Source of the DNA: Rebecca billardiae RCC1528
Lineage: Eukaryota; Protista; Haptophyta
Direction of reading: 5' to 3'
DNA length: 64,000 bases
Assembly: GCA_965240325.2 (NCBI GenBank)
Contig: OZ251226.1
Span: 2,170,001-2,234,000 of the forward strand
In this document: positions 8,865-19,015 of the stretch, one piece after another
Numbering within the stretch: the stretch's first letter is position 1
Layout of the letters: every line of letters starts with the position of its first letter
Made by a program: the position numbers and the translations under genes
Notes under the pieces: generated by a model
Database searches by the model: none
Told to the model about the DNA's origin: nothing
The model's input: the letters and a program-made list of their open reading frames with translations, nothing else

Positions 8865-11800
8865 GCCCGGAACCCGCGCAGGTGCGAGCCACAAACACAA
8901 CCACTACGGTATCTGATACCACTACTACTACGGAGGCGGCGCGAGGCGCTGATCCGGCGTGGTTACGCACTTGGTCGGTTCGAACGGGCACCAATGACCA
9001 ACGTCTACTCGAGCGCACGCGACGCGTGGCCGAGGGGATGGAGGGGGCGAACGCGCGGCGTGAGCCGCTTGACGAGCAGTCGGCGGCGGGCATGACGCGG
9101 CGGTCGTTCGCGGACGCGATGCCGACGGCGCACTACCCTGGGCAGGTGACGCACGTCGACATCTTCTCTATGGCGCGCATCGACTTACCAGTTGGGGCCG
9201 ATGGCGCACGTGGAGGGTATCCTCATGGGATCATATTCATCGATGGGCATTCACGTCGATGGCAAGTGTACGCGCTACGCAGCTTGGATGACGCCGAGGT
9301 TGGTCGGGCATTCCGCTGGTACGCGCAGTTGCTTGGAACAGGGGCCATGCACATGTCGCATTGGGTCCTGGCGTCGGGGTGTACTATGGCGCGACGCCAT
9401 ATTCACACCGACGGTGGCTCGACGTTGCTGAGTACGTACGTCGAGGGTGAGCTGGCGAAGCTTGGGTTCTCGTCGACGGTCACGTCGGCGCCCGACTCGC
9501 CGAGCTCGAATGGCGTGGCGGAACGCGCTATCCGCACGCTGAAGTCGAGACTGCGCGCCACGGTCGTTGCGCGTGGAGTCTCGCGGGTCGATTGGCACTA
9601 CGCGGCGTGGCACGCATGCGCGTCGCGCAATCGACTGGCGTCACGTGGTATCATTCGTGACGATGGAGACATCGAGTGGCTCACGCCGGATGAGCTGTTC
9701 TTTGGCAAACGCCCGACGTGGAAGCATCACGTGGCGTTTGGCGCGCGCTGCCGCGTGCTGATGCTGGGCGCACGGCGCAATGCATTGGGGCAGCTGAAGC
9801 AGCGCGCACTACCCGGACGTGTCTATCTCTGGGGTGGGCACGGCGTGCAGTGGCGCGGTACATGGCGCTACGTGCTTGGGTACGTATGTCGTTTAGACGA
9901 CGGACGTCTCGTTCACTCACGTGACGTACGCATCGACGAGACCGACCTGGTCGAGGGGGGGCACTCGTCGCTGGGCGCACCTGACGGTGGCGCGTACGTG
10001 GGTGATGGTGACGGCGCCGCAGTAAGCGGCGGACATCGTCCAGTCGGCGGTGATGCCGACGGTGAGGACGAGGACGGCGACGGCGGCGAGACGCCAGCCG
10101 ACGCCGGGAATGACGACGCGACAGAGTTCGACGTCGGGTACGACGACGACGTAGATGCGTCAACGTCGGGGCGCGGGCGCAGCAGCGTGGACGCGGGACA
10201 ACGCGGGTGCAGCAGCGCGAGCGCACAGCCGTCGACGCCGACGCCGCAGGGCGGGCGTGGCGGGGCAGGCGCGTCGATGACGCAGCCGGGTCGGCAGGAT
10301 CAGATACCGCCGACGGAATCACGGCGCGGGGCCGCAGCAGATGCTGGCGGGCCGCCGCGCGGCGCAGACGGTGACGACGGCGTGATCGAGGACGCGCCGC
10401 CGCCCGGTCTGGATATGGGACACGATCCGCTTCGCAGGGATCGGACGTCGCGCCGGCGGCCGCAGCTGCTTACTGCCGTCGTCAGCGCCGCGTCGGTGTT
10501 CCAGAAGATCAACGTGAAGGTGCCGACGAACTATCGCGAGGCGATGCGGTCGGCGGAGGCGCCCCAGTGGCAGGGCGCCATGCTCGAGCACTTGGAAGGT
10601 CACAAGTTGCTCGGCACCTCGGAGGAGGTGGTGGTTCCGGAGGGCACGCGAGTGTTGCCGAGCCAGTGGGTCTTTGACGTGAAGTCGAACCCGGAGGGCG
10701 AGGTGACGCGCTTCAAGGCGCGGTCGGTGCTACTGGGGAACCTACAGCGGCCGGGGATCGACTTTCAGGAGGTCTTTGCTCCGACGATCCGGCCGGAACA
10801 AGTGCGACTACTCGTGGCGATCGCCGCTCAGCAGGCTGGCGCGAGAGTCGACTTGGATGCAGCGTCGGTTGCGGCGCTGGGCATACTGTCGAAGGGCGAC
10901 GTCAAGGACGCGTACCTCAACTCGGAGTTGAAGCCGGATGAGCGGCCTCTCTTCTCATTCCCGCCGGGCTACGTGCCGAGCACGCAGGCGCCGCCGGGGC
11001 ACAAAGTCGTGGGCCGGAGCCTGAAGGCGTATCCGGGCCTACGCCAGTCTGGGCGCGCGTGGCATCGCACGCACCGCACCCAGCTGCTCGCGCGCGGCTT
11101 CTCGGAGTGTCCGAGTGCGCCGTGCATCTACGTCAAGGAGTCGGCGCCGGGCGAGTTCATCATCGCGGGCGGCTTTGTCGACGACTTGCTGTTTCTCAAC
11201 CTGACGCGCGACGCGCGCGCGGTGGAGAAGCTGGCGGCTGACCTGAAGGAGCACTACGAGATCAAGCTGAGTGAGCGGCTCGATAAGTTCCTGGGCGCCG
11301 TGTTTGAAGTTCATGACGACGGCATCCTGATGCACCTGGGGCCGTACGTCGAGAGCGTGCTTCAGCGGTTCGGTTTGAACGCGAGCACGCCGGCGCGCAC
11401 GCCGGAGCCGGCGGCGCGGACGCAGCTGAGCGACGACGATGAGGCGTTGCTGCAGCGCGCGGAGATTGAGAACTACCAGGCGATGGTGGGATGTCTTATG
11501 TTTGCGATGGTCACGGCGCGGCCGGACATCGCGCACGCGGTGAACATGCTGACGCGACGCATGTCATGTCCGCGGGCGGTGGATCTGGTAAGTGCGAAGC
11601 GCGTGCTGCGCTACTTACGTGGATGCCCGCGATTGGGAATCTTGTTCAAGTTTGCGACAGATTCCGAGCACCCCGACCTACTTGCTTTCGCTGACTCCGA
11701 TTGGGCAAGCAATCCGGTGGAGACCAAGGGCAGGTCGACGGGTGGATACATTGTGTTCTACAATGGGGCGCCGGTGTCGTGGCACAGCGGGCTGCAAGGT

Positions 11801-12166
11801 ACAGTCTCGCTGAGCTCGACGGAGGCGGAGTACGTCGCGCTGAGCGATTGCTGCCGCGAGGTGAGCTACTTGCGGAGCATACTCGAGTCCATGCGGCAGC
11901 CGCCGCGGGACGCGACGGAGGTGCGAGAGGACAACAAGGGGGCTATCGACCTCGTGGAGAATCCTGTGCACCACAAGCGCTCGAAGCACATCGAGATCAA
12001 GCATCACTATGTGCGTGACGCGCAGGAGGGTGGCAAGGTGAAGGTGGTCAAGGTACACACCTCGCTCAACCACTCTGACATCATGACGAAGGCGACGGAC
12101 GGTGCGACGTTCAAGCGGCACGTCGATGCCATCATGGTGGACCGACACCCGACGCGCGCGCGGTAA
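8852..12166 (+). CDS. pol: Copia pol: integrase, reverse transcriptase, RNase H
   Basis: Integrase HVDIF / HTDGG / SNGVAERAI. RT WVFDVK...RFKAR, DVKDAYLN, GLRQSGRAW and FVDDLL. RNase H ADSDWA, SSTEAEY, EDNKGAI and KHIEIKHH. Confidence 0.95.
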   Translation, partial: PKRLSPEPAQVRATNTTTTVSDTTTTTEAARGADPAWLRTWSVRTGTNDQRLLERTRRVAEGMEGANARREPLDEQSAAGMTRRSFADAMPTAHYPGQVTHVDIFSMARIDLPVGADGARGGYPHGIIFIDGHSRRWQVYALRSLDDAEVGRAFRWYAQLLGTGAMHMSHWVLASGCTMARRHIHTDGGSTLLSTYVEGELAKLGFSSTVTSAPDSPSSNGVAERAIRTLKSRLRATVVARGVSRVDWHYAAWHACASRNRLASRGIIRDDGDIEWLTPDELFFGKRPTWKHHVAFGARCRVLMLGARRNALGQLKQRALPGRVYLWGGHGVQWRGTWRYVLGYVCRLDDGRLVHSRDVRIDETDLVEGGHSSLGAPDGGAYVGDGDGAAVSGGHRPVGGDADGEDEDGDGGETPADAGNDDATEFDVGYDDDVDASTSGRGRSSVDAGQRGCSSASAQPSTPTPQGGRGGAGASMTQPGRQDQIPPTESRRGAAADAGGPPRGADGDDGVIEDAPPPGLDMGHDPLRRDRTSRRRPQLLTAVVSAASVFQKINVKVPTNYREAMRSAEAPQWQGAMLEHLEGHKLLGTSEEVVVPEGTRVLPSQWVFDVKSNPEGEVTRFKARSVLLGNLQRPGIDFQEVFAPTIRPEQVRLLVAIAAQQAGARVDLDAASVAALGILSKGDVKDAYLNSELKPDERPLFSFPPGYVPSTQAPPGHKVVGRSLKAYPGLRQSGRAWHRTHRTQLLARGFSECPSAPCIYVKESAPGEFIIAGGFVDDLLFLNLTRDARAVEKLAADLKEHYEIKLSERLDKFLGAVFEVHDDGILMHLGPYVESVLQRFGLNASTPARTPEPAARTQLSDDDEALLQRAEIENYQAMVGCLMFAMVTARPDIAHAVNMLTRRMSCPRAVDLVSAKRVLRYLRGCPRLGILFKFATDSEHPDLLAFADSDWASNPVETKGRSTGGYIVFYNGAPVSWHSGLQGTVSLSSTEAEYVALSDCCREVSYLRSILESMRQPPRDATEVREDNKGAIDLVENPVHHKRSKHIEIKHHYVRDAQEGGKVKVVKVHTSLNHSDIMTKATDGATFKRHVDAIMVDRHPTRAR

Positions 12167-12193
12167 GCGGCGCAGCTCGCGGCTATGGCTGTC

Positions 12194-12202
12194 GAGGGGG
12201 GG
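12194..12202 (+). other. Polypurine tract
   Basis: GAGGGGGGG directly abutting the 3' LTR. Confidence 0.9.
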
Positions 12203-12894
12203 TGTTGAGCTGACGCAGCCTGGGGCGCGCATCTCAGCAGATGGCGTCGCCGCTGGGACGTCAGGGCCGGCGCCGCACCAGGCGGGCCGGCGGCATCAGC
12301 TACAGAGCAGTGGCTGGCTCTGGCGGCGCGCGCGCGCGGCGCGCGCGGTGGCAGGAGCGCGAGCGCAGCAGCGCTGGCGCGGATCGACGTGGACGCGGAG
12401 CGCGGACGCGGCAGCGCGGACGCGGAGCGACACGGACGCGGCGCGTGCGCGGGCGGTACGGCCCGGCGCAGCGCGGCACGGTGACGTCGCACGGGCATGG
12501 CCCGGCCGCCATCGTGGAAGCGTGTTGGAGTTCTCGAGAACGCAAACACGACCGTTTCATCCAGAAATTCATCACGGACGAGGACGTCCGGATTCAACCT
12601 GCACACGGATCCAGAAACCGTGTGCGACCAGCAGTTACGGCGGTGCGTCGGGAACACCTGTGATTGGTTGACGCACGGGGCGTGCGGCTCGGAATCATTG
12701 AGATTCCCCGAGCCGGGCCAGCAAACGCCGGGTCACCCCGCCGGAGCCGAAAAGAGCTCGGCGGGAGGTTACTTTTGCTCGTCCGAGGAGCGAGGGTCAG
12801 ATTGCCTCGTGGGCGTCATCGTCGACGCGCCCGGCTACGCGCCGGTGAGCTTTTAGCAGGGCTCGACACGCTCGGAGCTCGCGTTTACCCAATA
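12203..12894 (+). repeat. 3' LTR
   Basis: Same length and sequence as the 5' LTR, followed by TSD CATTT. Confidence 0.95.
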
Positions 12895-13814
12895 CATTTG
12901 ACACACCTGAGCCGCACGCGCGTGCCGTCGCCGAGCGGCGAGCGCTGCAAACGCGCAACCGTACCGCGCGCGCCACGACGGCGCGGCACTAGCTGATGCA
13001 GGCCGTACTGCCGGCACTGCTTCTGCGATCATGCGCCACGGTCGCAGCTGACTGCGTGAGCAGCAAGCGGGAGGCGGGTCCGGAGGCACGTGCAGGCGCC
13101 GTCCCGCATATCCGCCATCGCCCATCGTGCCGGGGCACGTCACCTCCGACGATCCGGATGTGGCCCAGTCCGGACGTCACGCGATCCGGGAAGACGAGTA
13201 CGATTCGCTCGTAACGAACCGTTACACTAATGTCACGTCCAGCTGACGTCCAGATCGCACTTTACTTAAGGGAATCAGCTGGGCGCGGTTTTTTTTGGCC
13301 TGATAGACCTCTCAATGCGATCTCAAAAACTCGAAACTCGGTCTCCGCCAGCCCTACTAAAAATCGCCCCCCGTCCCTTTTTTTCCGCCGCCCCCCGTCC
13401 CTTTTTTCTTGATCAAAGATCTTTTTGAAACGTGGTTCGGGCCCGCTGGTGCGGGCTCCACGCTGCGCGCTCCGCCCTGCACCGCGGGCCATGATGATGA
13501 CGACTACATCGTCACATCATATATATCATCATCATCGTCTGAAACTTAGACGATGACATCACATCATCAGCATCTGAAACTTAATCCGCTAAGTAACTTA
13601 ATGTTCCAAAGGCGGTCCAAAGGCGGCTCCTACTGAGTTAGTAAGTAACGACTAACGTGAGATCGACTCCAGCAGACACAGTACTCTAGATACGCCCTGC
13701 TGGCCACGCGCATGGTAGCTTAGTGCTTCGAAATGCGCAATAATGGCTAATATGCTGATCGCGGCGTCGTCGAAGTAGATGATGCCGATGATTGGGGCGG
13801 CTGCTGAAGGATGC

Positions 13815-16103
13815 TCACACGGTGGAAGATATTCCAAACGTCGGCGATGCAGGTGATCTCGATCTGGAGGGTGGCGAGAAGTCAGGCGGGGCGGGCGGGA
13901 GCGAAGTGGGCGTCGCTGGCGGCGGCGAATCGGGCGAGTGCGGCAAGTAGCCGGGCGTGCGAGGCGAGGAGGGATGCGCGTCTGCGAGCGTGCGCATTCG
14001 GGCGGTCGTCCGTGGCGAGGCCGGGCGGCTCGCCGAGCAGCCATGCTCGACGGCGGCCTTGATGCTCACGAACAGCCGGTGCGGCGGGATCACGTCCGGC
14101 AGCGTGCCGTGCGCCTCCAGCGCCTCGCGCAGGGGCGCGTGCGAGGCGGCGAGCAGCGTGCGCACGCCGGCCTCGCGCAGCTCGAGCAGCACGGTGCGCA
14201 GCACCTTCTCGGCGCTCGAGTCGATGGAGTGGACGGAGGAGCAGTCGAGCACGACGGTGTGCAGCTTGCTCGCGCCGCACTCCGCCGCGACGCCGCTGCT
14301 GCTGAGCGTGCCGCTCCCTCGCCTCGCCCCAACCCTGCGCACGCGCGCGCGCAGCGCCGAGGCGAAGAAGTGCGCGTTTGCGAAATTGAGCGGCGCGTCG
14401 AAGGCGAAAATGAGCGTGCCTGGGGGCGAGTCGGCGAGCGGGTAGCGCGTGACGTCGCGGAAGAGGTCGGTCCCCGGCAGCCGGCCGAGCACCGCCCAGC
14501 GCGGCCGGCTCGCCGTCCACACGAGCGCGCCCAGGCTCGAGCCGATCGCCACCACCAGCCCCGGCTGCACGCCCAGCAGGATGGTGGAGCAGAACGCGGC
14601 CAGCCAGAGGTACGCGTCCGGCCGGGAGGTGCGCCAGAGCCGCGCGGGGACGGTGAAGTCGACGAGCGAGGTGAGCGCCATGAAGATCACCGCGGCGAGC
14701 ACCGCGTACGGCAGCGGCTCGAACAGCCCGGTCAGCGCCACCAGCACGACGGCGATCACGGCCGCCTGCACGACGCCGTGCAGAGGCGTGCGCCCTCCGA
14801 CCGAGAAGACAAGCGCCGAGCGCGAGAGCGAGCTCGCGGCGGGGTACGCGCCGAAGAAGCCACCGAGCACGTTCGCGAGCCCCAGTGCGATCAGCTCCGC
14901 GTCGCCGTCCGCCTCGACGCCCCCCCTCGCCGCCATCGTGCGCACGATCGACATGGTGAGCAGGAAGCCCGTGAAGGCACACGTGGCCGCGGCCTGCACG
15001 AGCGCGGAGGCGTGCGCGGCCGAGGGCGGGAGGCGGGGCACGCGGAAGGCGGGCAGGCCGGGCGGCAGGGGGTCGCCGTCGCCAACGCGCGGCAGCTCGG
15101 CGTCCACCGCCCAGCACACCACCGAGAAGACGACGAGCGCGACGAGCTGCTCGAACAACGGCACGCGCGCGCACAGCCGGCGCCCAAGCACTTTCATCCC
15201 GTGCATCAGGCAGATCGCGGCCGCGGTGACGCCGGCGGCCCACGGGTTCGCGCGGCCGGCGAGGACGATGCGCAGCGTGGCGACCCACGTCTGCACCACC
15301 GAGCCCCCCGACACCGGCACGCCGAGCACGTGCTTGAGCTGCGAGGTCGCGATCACGATCGCGCCGGCACACGTGAACCCGGCCGTTGATGGGTCGCTCA
15401 TGAACGTCGCAAGCACGCCCAGCCCGAGGCAGCCCATGGCGACCTGCATGGCGCCCGAGAGGACGGAGAGCAGCAGCACGGCGTGGATGTACGCCTCCAT
15501 CCCGTACACGTCCGGCGGCACCACCTCCTTCACCAGCGCGCCCACGATGAGCGACATGAGTGCGAACGGCCCCACGCAGCAGTGCGCAGACCGCGTGAAG
15601 CACGCAAACACAACGAGCGGCACGAGCGAGCAGTACAGGCCGTAGACGGGCGGTAGGTCGGCGAGCATTGCATACGCCACCGCCTGCGGCACGAGCACGG
15701 CCGAGGTCGTCAGCCCGGCCACGCAGTCCGCGACGAGGCTCGAGAGCGAGTAGCCGCGCAGCCACGAGAGCAGGGGCCAGGCGAGCAAGCGCGCCTCGAG
15801 GATCTGGGGCGCGCACGGGTTGGGCTTCTGGCTCGTGGTGGAAGAGAGGCGGCGGAAAGGCACGCCCCGCCCGTGGAGCTTCACCAGCCCCTCCTCCGTC
15901 GCGAGCAGGAAGGCCGTATCGGTGAGCGACGGAGCACCTGCCGGGATGAGATTGTGCTGTGCCGCGGCCGGCTGATCGCCCGGGAACGGCGCACTGCTGG
16001 CCCCGTGCCCCTTTTCAGCGTCGATGAGCGCGAGGTTGAGCCGCAGTGCAGATTTGTTCAGCTCGTCGGCTTCGCCCGGGACGGCGAGCCCATCCTCCTT
16101 CAT
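13815..16103 (-). CDS. SulP/SLC26 anion transporter with STAS domain
   Basis: DCVAGLTT...VPQAVAYAMLADLPPVYGLY, SLSRSAL, and STAS motifs FDAPLNFANA and VVLDCSSVHSIDSSA. Confidence 0.95.
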   Translation of the reverse strand: MKEDGLAVPGEADELNKSALRLNLALIDAEKGHGASSAPFPGDQPAAAQHNLIPAGAPSLTDTAFLLATEEGLVKLHGRGVPFRRLSSTTSQKPNPCAPQILEARLLAWPLLSWLRGYSLSSLVADCVAGLTTSAVLVPQAVAYAMLADLPPVYGLYCSLVPLVVFACFTRSAHCCVGPFALMSLIVGALVKEVVPPDVYGMEAYIHAVLLLSVLSGAMQVAMGCLGLGVLATFMSDPSTAGFTCAGAIVIATSQLKHVLGVPVSGGSVVQTWVATLRIVLAGRANPWAAGVTAAAICLMHGMKVLGRRLCARVPLFEQLVALVVFSVVCWAVDAELPRVGDGDPLPPGLPAFRVPRLPPSAAHASALVQAAATCAFTGFLLTMSIVRTMAARGGVEADGDAELIALGLANVLGGFFGAYPAASSLSRSALVFSVGGRTPLHGVVQAAVIAVVLVALTGLFEPLPYAVLAAVIFMALTSLVDFTVPARLWRTSRPDAYLWLAAFCSTILLGVQPGLVVAIGSSLGALVWTASRPRWAVLGRLPGTDLFRDVTRYPLADSPPGTLIFAFDAPLNFANAHFFASALRARVRRVGARRGSGTLSSSGVAAECGASKLHTVVLDCSSVHSIDSSAEKVLRTVLLELREAGVRTLLAASHAPLREALEAHGTLPDVIPPHRLFVSIKAAVEHGCSASRPASPRTTARMRTLADAHPSSPRTPGYLPHSPDSPPPATPTSLPPAPPDFSPPSRSRSPASPTFGISSTV

Positions 16104-16367
16104 GCAGCAGCGCGCGCGCGGCGGTCTGGATGGAGGCGGCCTCCCTCACCGGCCGGCTTGAGCGGAATCACGAATCACAACGCGAACTCTCAGAGGCGGT
16201 CCCAAAAAATCACGGCAGGGAAAATGTGCCGGACGCACGCACGCGTGCGACGAAATCGTGCCCCGGACATCGAGTCCGTGCGCGCGGAGGCAGGACGATT
16301 TTCGCGCGCGCGCGCGCCTTGCGCGCAAGCTTCAGGTGGCACCGGCGTGGACGCACGCTGCAAGGCC

Positions 16368-16841
16368 ATGCTGGGTGGGCCTGCATACGCGACGCTCGGG
16401 GACGGCTTGGCTCCGCCCCACCTCGAGGGTGGTGCCGAGCACCTCGCGGGCTTGCAGGCGCACGGCGACCTCCCGATTGACGGCTCCGAGCTCGGCGCCG
16501 GGCTGTCCGCTGACGGCCTGCCACCCGACGACGACGACGAGCTCGAGGATGAGATGGAGGATGAGGAGGACGAGGAGCCCATGCCGGGTGGGAAGCGGAA
16601 GGTGAGCGCGCGCGCCTGGATAGCCATGGCTGCAATGACTTGCCGCGCGCGCTGTATGCCCGCGCACAACGCTCGCGCATGCCCACCGCACGCGTGCGCG
16701 CGCTGCGCCCTTCCCTGACATCGCACCCCCACCCGCCCCTGCGCCCCCACCCACCCCTGGGTGCTCGTCGCGTCGGCGTCCGTGCAGAGCGGCGGCGATG
16801 GCGAGGGCGGTTCGAAGAAGAAGAAGTCCTCACGTGGCGGC

Positions 16842-16888
<47 letters not shown>

Positions 16889-17978
16889 GGGCGACAAGGG
16901 CAACAAGGGCCTGCGCCATTTCTCGATGATGGTGTGCAACAAGGTGGAGGAGAAGGCGCGCACCACCTACAACGAGGTCGCGGACGAGCTCGTCGCCGAG
17001 TTCGTGCACGGCGAGGGGCCGACGGCGCTCGACCACGGGTACGACGAGAAGAACATCCGGCGGCGCGTGTACGACGCGCTGAACGTGCTGCTTGCGATGG
17101 ATATCATCGCCAAGGAGAAGAAGAACATCACGTGGCGCGGGCTGCCGACCAACGCGCGGCAGGAGGTGACCAAGCTGCAGATGGAGGCGGACGTGCGGCG
17201 GCAGCGCATCGAGCAGAAGCGGGTGCAGCTGCAGGAGCTGCTCACGCAGCAGATCTCGTTCAAGCACCTCATCACCCGCAACCGCGCCGCGGGCACCCCG
17301 CAGTCCACCGAGACGTCGCGCGTGTACCTGCCCTTTATCATCGTGAGCACGTCCAAGCAGACCGTGATCGACTGCGAGATGGCGGAGGACAAGCACGACA
17401 TCTTCTTCAACTTCTCCATGCCCTTCGAGTGCGCGCGCGCGCGCGCGCGCAGCTGGCGGGGCGGCGGGGCCAGCGGCTGCGAGCGGCATGGGCTCGCATC
17501 GAAACGCACCGGCCCGTGGCCGCGCCGGTCTCCCGCGCCGCCCGCGCACGCCTGGGCCTCACATGCAGTCGCGCTCCCCATGCCCCTCCTCGCACGTCCG
17601 CCGCGCAGGATCCACGACGACAACGAGATCCTCAAGCGCATGGGGATGCACAACTGCCAGCTGTCCGATCTGCCGCACCTCGTGCCTGCAGCGCTCATTC
17701 CCTTCACACCGCAGTACCAGGCGGCGCAGCAGAGCGCGGCAGCGGCGGAGCAGTCCTCCTCGCGCGCCGATGGGATCGGTGTCCTGGCCGGAGCTGCTGC
17801 ACACGCGCCCGAAGTCGAGGCGCTGGGCGCGGGCACGAGTGGGCACGAGGGTGATCACGCGGCTCCCGTCGATGGTGCTCTGCCCCCCGATGCTGACTAC
17901 GATGGCCGAGCGGCGCAGCCCATTGTGACAGCTGCTGCGGAACAACCCGCGGCGCCGGACGCGATCGCGGCGCCATGA
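16368..17978 (+). CDS. DP: DP (E2F dimerization partner) transcription factor; exons 16368-16601, 16788-17428, 17609-17978
   Basis: KGLRHFSMMVC, TTYNEVADELV and DEF box KNIRRRVYDALNVLLAMDII. Splicing the two GT-AG introns restores the conserved PFEIHDD motif. Confidence 0.93.
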
Positions 17979-18415
17979 GGCGATGAGCCCAGGTCATTTA
18001 CTGCGATCACCGACGACTGCTACTCTGGCCTCATTACACACTCATAGAATGGTACCGACTACACTACACTATGGTCATGGAATTCCGACTCGCGCGGGGC
18101 CCGCGCCGAGCCGCAGTCTAAAGTCTGCGGCTCCGCGACGGGGAGTTCAGTCATCACACGCAGTGAATGACTCAGTACTCAGTGACTCACGACTCAGTGA
18201 CGATGGTGAGCTAAGACTTACAGTATACCTAGCAACTATGCTGGGCTTGCACGTCTTATTGCTTGCTGCGCGAGTATGAATCATGCTGCTGGCGTCGAGT
18301 TGCCAGGAGGGTGCCTGACTGCCTCTCCCGAGTCTCCCGTCTCCGTCGCGGTCCGCCCTCTCCGCGTGTCCGCTAGATGCGCGAGGCGTGCATACGGCCG
18401 CAAACGTCGGCTAGT

Positions 18416-18928
18416 TCACGCAGACCCTTCCCCGTCTGACCTGCCAGCAGCGTACAGACCGTAGGCAACGGATGCAGCTGATGCCGCTACTTCAGAGACT
18501 GCAGGGGGCTCATGGCCGAAGACGGTGCTCGTCGCAGCTGCAACGACCACTGCGGCAGCTGCGACAGCTGCCGGCACGCGAGGATCATTTGGAATCGCGC
18601 GGGTGGAAGTCGCCACGTACGCACCCAGAGAGAGGAGGACAAAAATACCGGTGAATACAACATCCTTAGCGACGAGCGCAGCCGTGCAGCTCACCAGTCC
18701 AAAGCAATCGTCACCGTACTCGCCAAGGCCGTCACCGCTGTTGCGACCATCAGCCGCCATCACTGCTTGGTGCGCACCGTGACGGGAGTGACGGGCGTGC
18801 AACGGCAGCATAGAGCGCGAGACACATGGTGCAGCTGCTGGGGCGAACACCGGCGGCAATGGTGCGCTGACGGAGAATGCCGTGGCTTCGAGGGCGGCAG
18901 CGACGAGCAGCCCCAAGATGGCGGACAT
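18416..18928 (-). CDS. Small membrane protein with probable bipartite plastid-targeting presequence
   Basis: Hydrophobic signal MSAILGLLVAAALEATA-F followed by a Ser/Pro/Arg-rich stretch, then several hydrophobic helices. Confidence 0.6.
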   Translation of the reverse strand: MSAILGLLVAAALEATAFSVSAPLPPVFAPAAAPCVSRSMLPLHARHSRHGAHQAVMAADGRNSGDGLGEYGDDCFGLVSCTAALVAKDVVFTGIFVLLSLGAYVATSTRAIPNDPRVPAAVAAAAVVVAAATSTVFGHEPPAVSEVAASAASVAYGLYAAGRSDGEGSA

Positions 18929-19015
18929 CGCCAGCGCCGACGTGAAGCCGAGAAGTCCGCCTCGTGAGAGTCGCGTGGGGATTCCGGATTTCATCATCGT
19001 CATCGATCATCAATC

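Larger units (their letters stand above)
5877..12894 (+). mobile_element. Full-length Ty1/copia LTR retrotransposon
   Basis: Two 692-bp LTRs and a 5-bp TSD CATTT (5872-5876, 12895-12899), confirmed by the empty site in the second host-element copy near 34364. Domain order is PR-IN-RT-RH, with a PPT before the 3' LTR. Confidence 0.97.
5186..13490 (-). mobile_element. Non-autonomous Helentron-like element, family 1 copy 1 (about 1.28 kb, split by the copia insertion)
   Basis: Near-identical uninterrupted copy at 33677-34965. Terminal hairpin GACCGCG-TTC-CGCGGTC (5186-5202). Subterminal GGCCCGCGGTG (5232-5242) is inverted to terminal CACCGCGGGCC (13480-13490). AT flanks both ends. Confidence 0.75.
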
